From the NCBI GenBank assembly GCA_030141605.1, contig JAQGDQ010000051.1:62001-126000 (forward strand): a DNA stretch of 64,000 nt, given 5' to 3'. Positions 1-12,324 of this stretch are shown here, piece by piece. The position numbers and the translations under genes were made by a program. Position 1 is the first letter of the stretch, and each line of letters starts with the position of its first letter. The notes below the pieces were generated by a model. That model was not told where the DNA came from. It made no database searches and saw only the letters and a list, made by a program, of their open reading frames with translations. The stretch is from Tubiluchus corallicola (Eukaryota; Animalia; Priapulida).

Positions 1-369
1 CTTACAAAGTAAACAGTCGGCGAAGGCAACGACACTTCTCAATTTCACTTGTTGCATCTATGTACATTCTGCAATGTAAAAAATAGTTAATGGTTTAATT
101 TTAATGTGAATAGATAAAATTCCCAACTAATTCTGTACTTAAACTGTAATAGTATATAATTTTTAACTGTATTTGTAATGGCACGTCTCAAATGTATCAG
201 TCATTTCAATCTAGATTGATGAAGTTACAAAATCACAATTAATTCATTTTTGTTAACAAAACTCAATAAACATGGAATCCAAAGTTCACCCCTTATAGCT
301 AGTCAAATATTTAGCAGTTCCAATGTAATAGCACTCTTCACAAGGGATTCTAATTAGTGTTTGAGAATC

Positions 370-600
370 AGGAAACGCTTTTCAAAGACATCTGTATAGA
401 AAATTGTTACATATTAAATGACCTGAAGAAATATCCAATGATGATCTGTATGATTTGGTGAAGAATCCTTGGAGCAAACAAATACAAGCAAGAAGTTGCA
501 TTGAATTGGGCAAGCACTAAGACTACTACAAGTCTCCTCTTCCTATAGCATTATGTAAGCTGAAAGAGGGTCAGCTACTGACATAATTGTATAGATATAC
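370..600 (+). mobile_element. Degenerate RTE-like LINE fragment (post-RT C-terminal region)
   Basis: Interrupted translation resembling NAFQRHLYR..LHIK(W)PEEISNDDLYDLVKNPWSKQIQAR, typical of the RTE-clade FQRRCLR..I.WP..ISN..LY segment; stops and frameshifts present. Confidence 0.55.
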
Positions 601-912
601 TGCAAAAATATTTAGCAAATACAACTCTAGACTTGGGGGATCATGAATCGTGGGCAGTGGCGGTGGTTAGGAATGCATCGCATCAACAGCTGGGACGTGC
701 CATTTTTATAATATAGAAGCACCTAGACGAAGACGACGACAACGCCACTTCCAAGCGAATTTTGTACTATTGCAAGCAGCATAGGCCATTCAACAGTCAT
801 CATCATATCGTCATACGCCCGTTATGTATATTGTATACACTTGGCAGGCAGTATTCTAAAATAAAGGAAAACAAGCAAACACAGCAGTAATCCAACAAAA
901 AAGTTAGATGTT

Positions 913-1593
913 GGGAGCGGAGTAGGACACTAAGTGAAGTAGGACAATCGGCGTACATGGGCTAGCCCAAGTAGGACACTAGAGACAGGTCACGAATTGA
1001 GTTGTTAACCGTACTGGCAGTACCTGTTGTCCTTGTTTATTTAATAATAATAATTGAAAACGTCAATACACGCTAAATAATTCATTATACATCTGATTTT
1101 GGCTTCGATGTTAATCTTTTTGAAGTAAAATAAACCCACTTTTCAGGCGATTCCAACATTTGCTTAACATATATCATTTTTTATTTTGTCTCGCTTCACA
1201 GACAGGTGATCTGTTTCACTACCTCTTGGACAAATAATGTTTTCTACTAAGTAAACGAGCTAGCAAGCTATGTGCCCTACATAGTTTCTCTCTTTAAAGC
1301 ATTAGATACATAGTTTAATGTTATGATGATATTAATGGAGCTAATAATAATGATGATGATATTATTGTAAAAATGGTTGGTAGATTGTCAAGGACTATTC
1401 ATCATTATTATAAAGTTACTTTTTTCTAAAACAAATTTAGTTTCATGTTTTATTATATTAGAATTCTTGATTCTCGACAGAAATCGCCAGTGCCCTACTT
1501 GGCCTACCCATGTACGACACTCCTTTTCTGCAAATTTAGCACATGTGCTTCAGCGGAAGTGTCCTACTTTGGCTAGTGGTGTACTCTGCACCC
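913..1593. mobile_element. Non-autonomous TIR element (MITE), copy 1
   Basis: Ends gggagcggagtaggacactaagtgaagtaggacaa and gtgtcctactttggctagtggtgtactctgcaccc are imperfect inverted repeats with subterminal AAGTAGGACA repeats; TA on the right flank; the body matches 5025-6782 in reverse complement. Confidence 0.8.
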
Positions 1594-1689
1594 TATATAG
1601 CCACTGCTATGCCAGACTGTTTTTCTTCTTCTTCAAAATTTCATTCCACCTATTGTAGGCACTGATGTATCAACATTTATCAGAGTATT

Positions 1690-1992
1690 CCACCCACTTC
1701 TATCTGCAACTAACAGCATAAGTTCTTCTAGTCCTTAAGATTTCGTTGAAATTGTTGAACATCTTTATTTATCTTAGCTGTCCAAGTTGTTTTAGGTTTG
1801 CCAGGTTTTTTTGCAAGGTTTTATTTAAAAGCTTCCTTTAAGGTGACTCTTACTAGTGCTTCATTTGGTAATCTTAGAAGATGTCCTAGTCATCTCAATC
1901 TTCGGATCTTGACTTTTGAACTCCAATAAATTTCTTTTGTTCTGGTGTATAAACCTCCATTTTTGATTATGAATTTGCTAAGAAGACTTCTA
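1690..1992 (-). mobile_element. RTE-like LINE 3' fragment, left part (split by the LINE at 1993-4830)
   Basis: Minus strand reads RSLLSKF..LYTRTKEIYWSSKVKIRRLR*LGHLLRLP..PGKPKTTW (RRLRWLGH..GRP..TW motif of RTE-type LINEs). Confidence 0.7.
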
Positions 1993-4830
1993 AGTTAAAA
2001 AATGTAACAATAAAAGCTGACCAGTATAATGAAGTAGGAGAACAATTATGGGTTGTAATGCATAATTCAAAAGTAAAATTAAGAGTAGGATTATTGCATG
2101 CACCTCAGGAAAGTAGGACAGATAAAGAAGAAATGAAGAAAATGTATGAACAAATACGTAAGCAAGTACAAAAAGCAAAAAATGAAAACCAGAAGTGCTT
2201 ACTTATAGGTGACTTCAATGCAAAAGTAGGAAATATTATCAAAGGTAATGATGAAATAACTTGGGCAGGAAAAATGTTACTAAATCTGGTTAAAAAAGAA
2301 AATCTAGTAATATTAAATGCAACTGAAAAATGCTCAGGAATTTGGACAAGAGAAGAAGCTGGGAAAAAATCTGTTATTTATTATATTATAATAAGTACAA
2401 ATGATGTAAATGCACATAGGCTTACACTTGTTGACAAACAACAACTGTATGGAGCGTACAGAGTGACTAGTAGTGGCGAGAAAAAAATTATATATACAGA
2501 CCACAATACAATATATAGTGAATTTGATTGGGTTGAGATTAGCAAAATGAAAAGAGATAAAAAAATTAGTAGTGTCTAATAAAAATAAAATGAACAGATA
2601 CAAAAAAGAAACTGATGGTCAAATATTTAGCAAAGTATGGAGCAGTAACAGATCAATTCAGAGCAAATATGATGGTTGGATTAATCAAGTTACAGCAGTA
2701 AGAGACAGGTGCCTTTCAATAAAAGGAAGAAGGAAACAAAAATATAGAAGTAAAATGTCAAGGAAGTTAAATAACGAAAGACGCGTGTTAAAACATGAAA
2801 TGAGCGATGAAGAAGACTCTGAAAGAAAAAGAATGATAAAAATAAAAATTGAATTAATAGAAAACATGATGAGGGATGTGCAAAGGAAGGAACAAATAAA
2901 TAGAATAAACAAAACTGTTAAGACAATTACAGTAAATGGAAAACTTAACCAGCAGTTGTTTTGGGAATTCAAAAAGTGCATCGATAAACCTAAAATAGAA
3001 GAAGCTATAGCAATGAGAGATAAACAAAGTGAGATCCAAGAGGACCCAGGAAAAATTAAGATGATTTTTAAAAAATATTATGAAGGATTGTTAACTCCTA
3101 CTCCGACAGAGGATGAATATGAGCAAATGATAGAATCAAGGGTTGAACAAATTTTCAAACATGTTGAACAAATGGCAAGTGAGAAGGAAGTAAAAGAAAT
3201 TACTAACAGTGAAGTGAATGAAGCAGTTCGGTCATTAAAAAATAAAAAGGCTCCCGACATGCAAGGATGGAAGAATGAAATGATCAAACAAGCAGGGAAA
3301 GGATTTATCGATAGTGAATGAAATAATGAAGCAAAAGAAAATAGAGAGGAGAAATATTTATGATATATAAACTGAATGAAATTGCAGAAATAGTTATAGA
3401 AACACCATTGGGAAAAACAGACCAGATAGAAATAAATGAAATAGTCCGACAGGGAACAGTGCTGGGACCATTACTATGTTGTGCTGCAATAAACCGGATT
3501 AATGAGATGGTGATAACAGGGACTGTAATGGACAGGAATATACATGTGGGTATGTTATTATTCATTGACGATATTGTCGGAATAGGACAAGAAACTATAA
3601 TCAAGCAGATGATTAAAAACTGTCAAGAAATTGAAAGAACCAAAGATTATCATTCAATATACAAAAAACACAATATATGAGAACTAACATGACACAAAAG
3701 AAAAGGATTCCAAAATTATGTGAGTCACTAAGGAACGGAGAGGTTAAGGAAGCAGAGGAATACCAATATTTGGGAGATTGGATTAATACAAAATGTAGTT
3801 ATGAAACAATGTTGGGAAAACGAACCGGGAAAAATAAAATGATAATTAGCTATATAAATACAATAGGAGGTGAGCTGAAAGTGGGAGATTGCTCAATAGG
3901 GGTAAAACTAATACTGTACGAGCTTCTTTCAGTGAGTGCAGTGCTAAATAGTTCTGAGACATGGTCAAATTTGACAACAACTGATTGGGAGAAATTAGAA
4001 ATGATTCAAACAAATGCTTTAAAAACATTATTTAATCTTAGTGAATCAATGCCATACTGGGGATTAGTAACTGAAATAGGCATATGGCCTCTAAAACATA
4101 AAGTAAATTATAGGAGATTGATGTTCTATCGGAATTTACTGATTAGTAAACCAAAGAGATTAGCATCAGAGGTACTCGAAATGCAAATAAACAGTGTACA
4201 TAAAAAGTCATGGTATAATGAAGTAGCTGAGGCTGCAAAAAATATATCATAGATGCTAATAAAGAAAGGGTGAAGGTCATGAAAAAGTCTGAATGGAAGA
4301 AAGAAATAAAGAATAAGATTGAATGTTGTATAAAGAATGAATGTGCAGAAAAATGCAGGAGCAGCACTAAATTAAGATTTTTAAGGCATACCGAGTGGAA
4401 ACGACAAAATTACATAGACACATGCAAGCCAGAAGAGGTTAAAGATATATTGAAAATAAGACTGAATATGATTAAAATTAAAGGGAACTACAAGAATGAG
4501 TTTAAGGATCAGTTATTATGCCCAGTGTGTGAGGAAGATGATGACACTACTGAACATATGCTTAGATGTTACAGATATGGAGAATGGAAAAAAAATTTGA
4601 ACTCAGATGTATTATTATTAATGAACAGTGAAAAGGAAGGATTGCTAGAAATTAGAAATCTAGTGAACGAATGTATGGAATACATAATACAGGATAAAGG
4701 CAAATAAAGACATTAAACTTGGAAAAGACAACTAAAAGATCAGCAGTAAAGAAGAATAGACTTTGCACCCTATGAAGGTGCCCGCCTCTGATACTGATAG
4801 GTGGAGAAAGTCGAGTATCGCAATCGCAAT
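1993..4830 (+). mobile_element. 5'-truncated, degenerate non-LTR retrotransposon ORF2 (APE endonuclease - RT - C-terminal CCHC)
   Basis: ORFs 2058-2579 (GDFNAKVG, WTR, TDHN), 2572-3321 (KNKKAPD), 3360-3680 (VRQGTVLGP, LLFIDD), 3677-4252 (YQYLG, SETW) and 4270-4707 (CPVC...TTEHMLRC); frameshifts and an RT deletion near 3320; 3' stem-loops and an ATCGCA-repeat tail. Confidence 0.92.
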
Positions 4831-4978
4831 AAGTTCTATGAAATGTGTCAATTTGCATTTCTTGAGTAATCGTTAAACCCCAAGTTTCGCTGTTGTACAT
4901 AAATATGCTGGTAATGTAAACATTAAATAAACGAAGTCTTACGTTAAGACTTAATTTCTTGCTAGTTAATTCATTCTT
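4831..4978 (-). mobile_element. RTE-like LINE fragment, right part (continues into 1690-1992)
   Basis: Minus strand reads KKLSLNVRLRLFNVYITSIFMYNSETWGLTITQEMQIDTFHR, which joins RSLLSK at 1992 once the inserted LINE is removed. Confidence 0.75.
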
Positions 4979-5024
4979 GTCTTGAAGAGAAGCCAGACTG
5001 CCAGTATCGACAATTCAACATGTA

Positions 5025-6782
5025 AGGCGCCGAGTAATCCACTAGTCGAAGTAGGACACTTCCGGTAAAACGCATGTGCTAAATTTGCGGAAAAGCAGTG
5101 TCGAACATGGGCAGCCCAAGTAAGAGACTGGCGATTTCCGTCAAGAATTATGACACAATGAAACGTAAAGCTAAATTTGTTTTAGAAAAAGTAACTTTAT
5201 AATAATGATGGATACTCCTTGACAATTTTCAGTGCATTTTTACAATAATATCATCATTATTATTAGCTCCATTAACATCATCACAGTGTTAAATAGTTCT
5301 GAAACATGGTCAAATTTGACAACAACTGATTGGAAGAAATTGGAAATGATTTAAACAAATGCTTTAAAAACCTTATTTAATTTTAGCGAATCAACACCAT
5401 ACTGGGGATTAGTAACTGAAATAGGCATATGGCCACTAAAACATAAAGTGACTTATAGGAGACTGATGTTCTATAGGAATTTACTGATTAGTATACCAAA
5501 GAGATTAGGATCAGAGGTACTTGAAATGCAAATAAACTGTGCACATGAAAGGTCATGGTATAATAAAATAGTTGGGGCTGCAAAAAATATACCATAGATG
5601 CTAATAAAGAAAGGGTGAAGATCATGAAAAAGTCTGAATGGAAAAAAGAAATAAAGATTAAGATTGAATTGTTTATAAAGAATGAATGTGCAAAAAAATG
5701 CAGGAGCAGCACTAAATTAAGATTTTTAAAACATGCCAAGTAGAAACGACAAAATTACATAGACACATGCAAGCCAGAAGAGGTTAAAGATAAAGTCTGA
5801 ATGGAAAAAAGAAATAAAGAATAAGATTGAATGTTTTATAAAGAATGAATGTGCAGAAAAATGCAGGAGCAGCACTAAATTAAGATTTTTAAAACATACC
5901 AAGTAGAAACGACAAAATTACATAGACACATGCAAGCCAGAAGAGGTTAACGATATATTGAAAATAAGACTGAATATGAAACTATAAGAATGAGTTTAAG
6001 GATCAGTTATTATGCCCAGTGTGTGGGGAAGATGATGATACTACTGAACATATGCTTAAATGTGGCACATATGGAGAATGGAAAAAATTTTGAACTCAGA
6101 TATATTAATGAACAGTGAAAAAGAACAATCGCTTGAAATCAGAAATCTAGTGAACGAATGCATGGAATACAGGATAAAAACAAATAAAGATATTAAAATG
6201 GGAAAAGACAACTAAAAGATCAGCATTATAGAAAAATAGACTTTACACCCTATAAAGGTGCCCGCCTCTGATAGGTGGAGTATCGCAACCGCTATCACAA
6301 CATTCAACTAAGAATATATGCTTTAAAAAGAGAAACTATGTAGGGCAAATAGCTCGCTAGCTCGTTTACTTAGTAGAAAACAATTATTTGTCCAAGAGGT
6401 GGTGAAACAGATCACCTGTCTGTGAAGCTAGACAAAATAAAAATGATATACCTTAAGCAAATGTTGGAATTGCCTAAGAAGTGGGCTTATTTCACTTCAA
6501 AAACATTAATATCGAAGCCAAATTTAATATTGGCCATTTTACTAACTCAAAATAAGATTCTTTTATCCTACCAGATGTATAATAAATTATTCAACGTTTC
6601 TGACGTTTTCAATTATTATTATTAAATAAACAAGGACAACGGGTGCTGCCAGTACGGTTAACGATTCAATTTGTGACCTGTCTTTCGTGTCCTACTTCAG
6701 CAGCCCATGTACGACGCGTCCAACTTGGGCTAGCCCATGTACGGCAATTGTCCTACTTCGGCTAATGGATTACTCGGCGCCC
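5025..6782. mobile_element. MITE copy 2, inverted relative to copy 1 and interrupted by a LINE
   Basis: TIRs aggcgccgagtaatccactagtcgaagtaggaca and tgtcctacttcggctaatggattactcggcgccc; 5025-5284 and 6293-6782 match 913-1593 in reverse complement. Confidence 0.85.
5285..6292 (+). mobile_element. 5'-truncated second copy of the 1993-4830 LINE (3' ~0.85 kb plus an internal duplication)
   Basis: Aligns by eye with 3941-4830, including the 3' hairpins and tail; flanked by ATCACA on both sides; contains a 163-bp tandem duplication. Confidence 0.9.
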
Positions 6783-7217
6783 AACACTACATTCGCCCAG
6801 AAGCACAATATGGGTATGCTTTGCTTGATATTGCAACACTTTGACTATACAGAATAATTTTTTTTAAAATTGTCAACACTATAACTACTCTGTAAACCAA
6901 TACAGCTTCTTAATCCACAAATTTCCTTGCAAATCCTCATGTTGAAATACTTTACATTTGTAATTATCATGTAAAATGTTATCTAAACCATTTGTGATTG
7001 AGCCAACTTGTTAATCTCTTACACACCCATACTAAATTCATTATAACTTGTATTTTACCATTTCTACCAAAATGTGTCCTACTGCCCACATTTGGCAGCT
7101 CTGTATAATACGTATTCTTGCATTGTGGGTTATTTTATTTCGTTTTACTTCTTTTATATTTTATCGGAAAATAGCCTTTGGTTAATGTTACCTTTGAAAT
7201 AGTCGACAATAAATAAA

Positions 7218-7218
<1 letters not shown>

Positions 7219-7285
<67 letters not shown>
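7219..7285. repeat. (CTA)n microsatellite
   Basis: About 22 perfect units directly after AATAAATAAA; may be a retroposon tail. Confidence 0.95.
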
Positions 7286-7548
7286 GAGTGCTCACTGCTC
7301 AGTGCTCTCACCCGTATCCGAAAAGTGTTGGAGTGCATATAAACTAAACCTGAATAAACTGTTGCTTTGGTAAACATACTTAGGACGAAACGCAACTTGC
7401 AATCTGACTGTCGACCTTATTGAGTTATTTGAGTTGACAATTTTTTATCAAGCTTCAGAAAATCAGAAGACGCAGATAATAGTAGTTGGAAAACTTTTTT
7501 TTAACTATCTGGATGTTTATCTTGTACTGCCTTCCGAAGTCTTGACAC

Positions 7549-10500
7549 ATGGCAACATCTCGTGTGGCGCAAGCTGGCCGTTGTAGGTGTTAACTGTTAT
7601 TATAGTTTGTGTGAATGGATAAACTCTACCGATCCATTTGTATCATTGAATGGTTTAGTAACGCCTATAGTTGGTATTGAGCGTGCCACTTTCGTTACAC
7701 TTTTAAATTTATTTATGTGCTCTGAAGCTGTTACATTGTTTGGGAGATGATTCCATGAACTAATCACACGATGACTTAAGAAATGTTTCCGTGCATTAGT
7801 TCTAACACTAGGCACAACAATGTGGTTTGTCAGAATGTCCTTGAAGCTGATAAAAAGGTCTGAAAAATAAATCACTTAACCGCACTATATTATCATCATT
7901 CAAAATCTTATGCATTTACCTAATCAATGGCACGAATTTGTTTTAGAGCAGATATAGGCGATAAATCAATATTGTGCGCCAAGCGAAGATAACACTTCGA
8001 AGTTGCTTTGAGGCGCTGAATACATGTAACATACTACTCCATTGACTATACAATGGTTGCTTTTATATTTAGGCAAAATAACAGAAGAATCTCTACTTTC
8101 ACTTTATTATAACAGTATGTCTAGTGGCTTTCTTTTCTAATTCAACAATGAGATCATTAAACTTCAAATCATTAGGTTTGTTCATAAATTTCACTGGGAA
8201 ATTAAATTTGAAAATATTCTATGTGACAAAAAGGTAAACATGTCTAATTTTAACTTTTAAAGTAACTTGCAGTTGCAGTTTAGGTAATTTTCGACAGTTA
8301 TGCTGTCTGTGTGTAGAATTGCTCTAGTTCTGAAAGGTTTCGCATTATTTTATTTCTAAATTTATCGCAAACCCACCGAAATAAACGTTTATATGTAATG
8401 TATGACATATCTATCTATAAAAAAGAAAAAACTTTAAAATTAACAAGATTAAAGTAGCATTTAGCAGGCTTAACTAATAACTGGATGTCACATACATAAC
8501 TTAGAAAAATGCAACACACCTGTAGAACAGGGAGAAATTATTTAGGTAAGTTGCATGAGAATAAGCCCCACATACATCTCAATAAGTTGGTTCTCGCGAA
8601 TTAAAATAGAATTGTCTTACAGTTTTCATTATTTTTAGATTAATTTTTTAGCCCGGCAACAGTAATGCATGGGCAGCTTCAGTAATGGTCCTCTGCTTTA
8701 ATTTGATGTTGCATATGATGCTACAGACCTTAATGCAATACAGACAATTTGAAAAGGCATTTTCTGTTTATCTGTTTTGCTTTCAAAACAACAATATTTA
8801 AGTTTAAAAAAATAACATAAATGTATAAAGGTGTATATGATTTCTATTATGAATTACATGAAGCTAAGATATGTTTTTATCAATTTGTTTTAGCTGCGTT
8901 TCGGGAAGCTTTACGTCGTTGGGCTTACAATGCATCAGGATTTAACCAATATGGTAACAAGCATGTTTTTCATTTGCACTTATAAACTTTGCTATATATA
9001 GCATCGGCCTCACCACAATGTCAGTTTTCGGTTTGCCACTTATTGGCGATATATTAAAGAATTTAACATCGGCAATATTGCTGTCTGCCGGTCCAGTCGG
9101 TTGATGACTTTTAAACACAAATCAGTTAATTACTATGTACTTGTATTTTTTTTGTAAGCTTAAAAGAAAACACATCAGGCTGAACAAAGTGCTGATCAGC
9201 ACCAAAGTGCAAATTTAGCAATTTTTCTATCGAAATGGTGACAGATAGATAAGAAATTCTGCCGATACCCACAAAAACTTGCCTGTCCCAGTTTTTTTTA
9301 ATACTTAGCCATTGAGAATCCTATATAACATTAATTTTGTACAGGAATTTCGTTATATTACATAGCATTTTTTCCACCTGCTTAATTTTTTTCTGCCTAA
9401 TCTGTACTTTACAACAAATTCTCATTCAATCATTTGTGTAGAAACTCTAATATGATACTGTTTTTATTTTTCGACTACTATGCTGTCAGTACGCGAATGC
9501 TGCATGACTGATAAGTAATTTTATGGAAAGGCATCATGATAAGTGAATATAACATGGATTTAACAAGCATAATCAATCTCCTTGTTGAATTTTGTGTGAA
9601 AAATGTTGAAATACTAACTGCATACATTTTAGTTAAATATAATCGTATTTCATCCGTTTTCCTTCGTATCTTTGAGTAAACAGAGCGGCTCAAATCTACA
9701 TTGCTCAGACCTCATTAACTTGGCAGCATCCCAGTAATGTGCAAGTGGAAATGTTTTTGTGATTTAGCATTTAGATGTTTCTTAGACAACCTCACTAATT
9801 TAAACTATACTGTAAACATCACAATTTTGTGTGAGTGGGTCACACGTCGACTCAAAAAAGATACAAGGTTTCGTTAATATGGAGATGTGGTAAACATGTC
9901 AAGCTTAGTTTACCAGCCACTGGGGCCAGTGTACAGACAACTTCTATCTGTCCTCGGGCAAATTTACCGGAATTTCCAGGATGACCGGCTGTGGGCTGTA
10001 CTCTTTCGAAAGGCCATGTATGTTTTACAAAAATAACCAAAATCACTGATCTACAGCAGTTATAACAGATGGAAGCTTGATGAGTAATTTGCAAACCTGT
10101 AAAGTGGTATATTGTTCATTTTAATTTGAATAAATCATTATTGTTACTGATCATTTTGTTACAGGCTTAATGCACGATGATTGTTTGAAACTGACGGATG
10201 ATGTGCGGGAGGCTCTGAGGCGTCTGCCAGATCATATGTATGATGAGCGACAGTTTCGAATAACCCGTGCCCTCTATCTTAGTATGAAAAAAATTATCCT
10301 CCCTAAAGATGAATGGACAAAGTATGAGGAGGTAATCAAACCCAATATTAATTAACTGAATTTTGATACCAATCTTGAAAGACAAGAATTGTAAAAAATT
10401 AGGACACCCAGGATTTGAACCAGGGACTTTCGACTTACAAGACCAACGCCATAAGACCACCCAGTGAATAACCCGTGCCCTCTATCTTAGTATGAAAAAA

Positions 10501-11517
10501 ATTATCCTCCCTAAAGATGAATGGACAAAGTATGAGGAGGTAATCAAACCCAATATTAATTAACTGAATTTTGATACCAATCTTGAAAGACAAGAATTGT
10601 AAAAAATTAGGACACCCAGGATTTGAACCAGGGACTTTCGACTTACAAGACCAACGCCATAAGACCACCCAGTGAATGTCATAGTCCAAAGTTCATCCCT
10701 TATAGCTGGTCATCCTTTTTAACATTTTAAAGTCACATTACTCACATTAGATGATTTTATTGGACTGTTATAATTAGTGTCTCACGTACTACTCAGATGC
10801 GCAATTTGTCAGTTAATTCAGTTAAATGTCGCCTTAAATATTGTGAAAGGGATTCAAATTACAAATTCTCACCGTTGTTAAATCTTAAAATTTACACCTG
10901 AAATAAATTTCATTTTTAATACATTGTAATAAACTTCAGTTAAACCTTTTGTCATTAGTAATGAAAAGAACGTTTAAAATCATTTTAGGTCTAGTGGCCT
11001 CAGTTCCTGGAATGCTCTTGCATATAAAATCGGGTCTTGCAAAAATTTTAAAAAGTTTTAACACCTTTTGAAGACGCATTTGTTCATGCAACTGAATACA
11101 GTTTTGGAGTCTGTCACCAAATTGAATTTTATTCTTATTACAGTGACTGAAAAACGTAAAAAAATCTTACAGGATTTATCTACAAATAGGTAAAAATAAT
11201 TGGTTCAGAACACAAATTTCCGTGTCTGCACATCCCTGACTGTGAACTTGTAATTTTATTGAAAAAAACACTCGGTATTTCCTTGAGTGTAGCATTTTAA
11301 GCTAATTTCTAAAATGAAATTCTGTTTTCTCTTAAAATAATTGTCACAACTATGATTGGTACCTAATTGTCACTATCACTTGGGGAGATTATAATTAAAT
11401 ACATATGCTATATGTGCAAGTTTAATAATTCATTTTCAGGATGTGAGGTATTTGAAACCATACTTAAATGAGGTTGTCAAGGAACGAGAGGAGAGGCAGC
11501 ATTGGAATAGTATGTAA
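7549..11517 (+). CDS. UQCRB: Cytochrome b-c1 complex subunit 7 (ubiquinol-cytochrome c reductase binding protein), 112 aa
   Basis: Exons 7549-7582, 8894-8953, 10165-10331, 11440-11517 with GT-AG introns and consistent phases give [112 protein letters not shown]; AATAAA near 11714. Exon 1 is the least certain. Confidence 0.95.
7690..7915 (-). mobile_element. CR1-type LINE 3' fragment in UQCRB intron 1
   Basis: Minus ORF has [35 protein letters not shown], the RK.FFS.RV...WN.LP C-terminal signature of CR1 elements. Confidence 0.75.
9890..10036 (+). mobile_element. hAT transposase C-terminal dimerization-domain remnant
   Basis: With one frameshift reads [43 protein letters not shown], resembling the LSIPATSASVERLFS..G....R.RL....F..LM pattern. 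Confidence 0.6.
10258..10677. repeat. 208-bp tandem duplication spanning the 3' part of UQCRB exon 3 and its splice donor
   Basis: Units 10258-10465 and 10466-10673 appear identical; GAAT microhomology at 10258, 10466 and 10674. Confidence 0.97.
10610..10680 (-). pseudogene. tRNA-like unit (TGT anticodon) of a repeat family; partial duplicate at 10402-10469
   Basis: Minus strand GACATTC..GGTCTTATGG..CTTGTAA..GGTTCAAATCC..GGGTGTC: 7-bp acceptor-like stem, B box and downstream T-run; D and anticodon stems are poor. Confidence 0.65.
10985..11085 (+). mobile_element. L2/CR1-group LINE 3' fragment
   Basis: Reads [33 protein letters not shown], matching the WN.LP....FK..LKTHLF ending. Confidence 0.6.
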
Positions 11518-12324
11518 AGCAAATCTTCATTTACCAGTACAAAAATGAGCAAAATAACTTCTGTCTTGTTTTACACCTAATTTCTACATTTTTGCTTATA
11601 GCCGCTGTATGAAACTGTTAATTCCCTACTATGAAAGTTTTTTGTATACTAGATAGTCAGTGATTGTAACCATTTACAAAACAGAAAATTGTAGTTCACC
11701 CTGTTGCAACAGTAATAAATAAATGTTAATTATGTTATTATGTTGCTTTTATTATGTTTTAATCTGATGGTAAGTTCTGAGCACAATGAATCTCTTCGAA
11801 CTCGTTTAAAATCTGTTGATTATCCCATTTCAAAAAAATGGAAAAAAGATAGGACACTAAAAACTATGTATCCATTTTAAATTTTAACATTGTGAAATGA
11901 CTATTTTCTAATGCTCAGCTATGATTAGGCAGAAATGGCTAGGCTCTAACATTGAAGTACACAAGAATGAGTTTCCAGTGGTTAGAAAAAAGTATGAGAT
12001 AATATTGATGTGATGATGTAATCCCATTTGCAACGAACTGTCACAACTGTCATACAGTGCATTGCAGTCACACAATTATAGCATATCACTTTAGGTCATA
12101 ATTGTTTGTGATGTGCCAGATGACATCAGCAGTTGTATTGCTGGTTTTTGCAGCAGTTTAATAAACTCTGACACAGTTTCATAAATATATTGCTAGTAAT
12201 ACTATTAGGTCTAAACTAAAAATTGTAAAAAATCACCATTTTCAAATACACAAAAACACTTCACATTAACCATAATTATCAGTCGACTTTTTGTCCAATA
12301 AAATTCTTTTATGGTAACTTTACC

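Noticed and set aside
2334-4367. Several minus-strand ORFs
   Set aside because: Antisense shadows of the A-rich LINE ORF2.
10167-10689. Duplicated minus-strand ORFs (97 and 84 aa)
   Set aside because: Antisense reading of the UQCRB exon plus the tRNA-like repeat within the tandem duplication.
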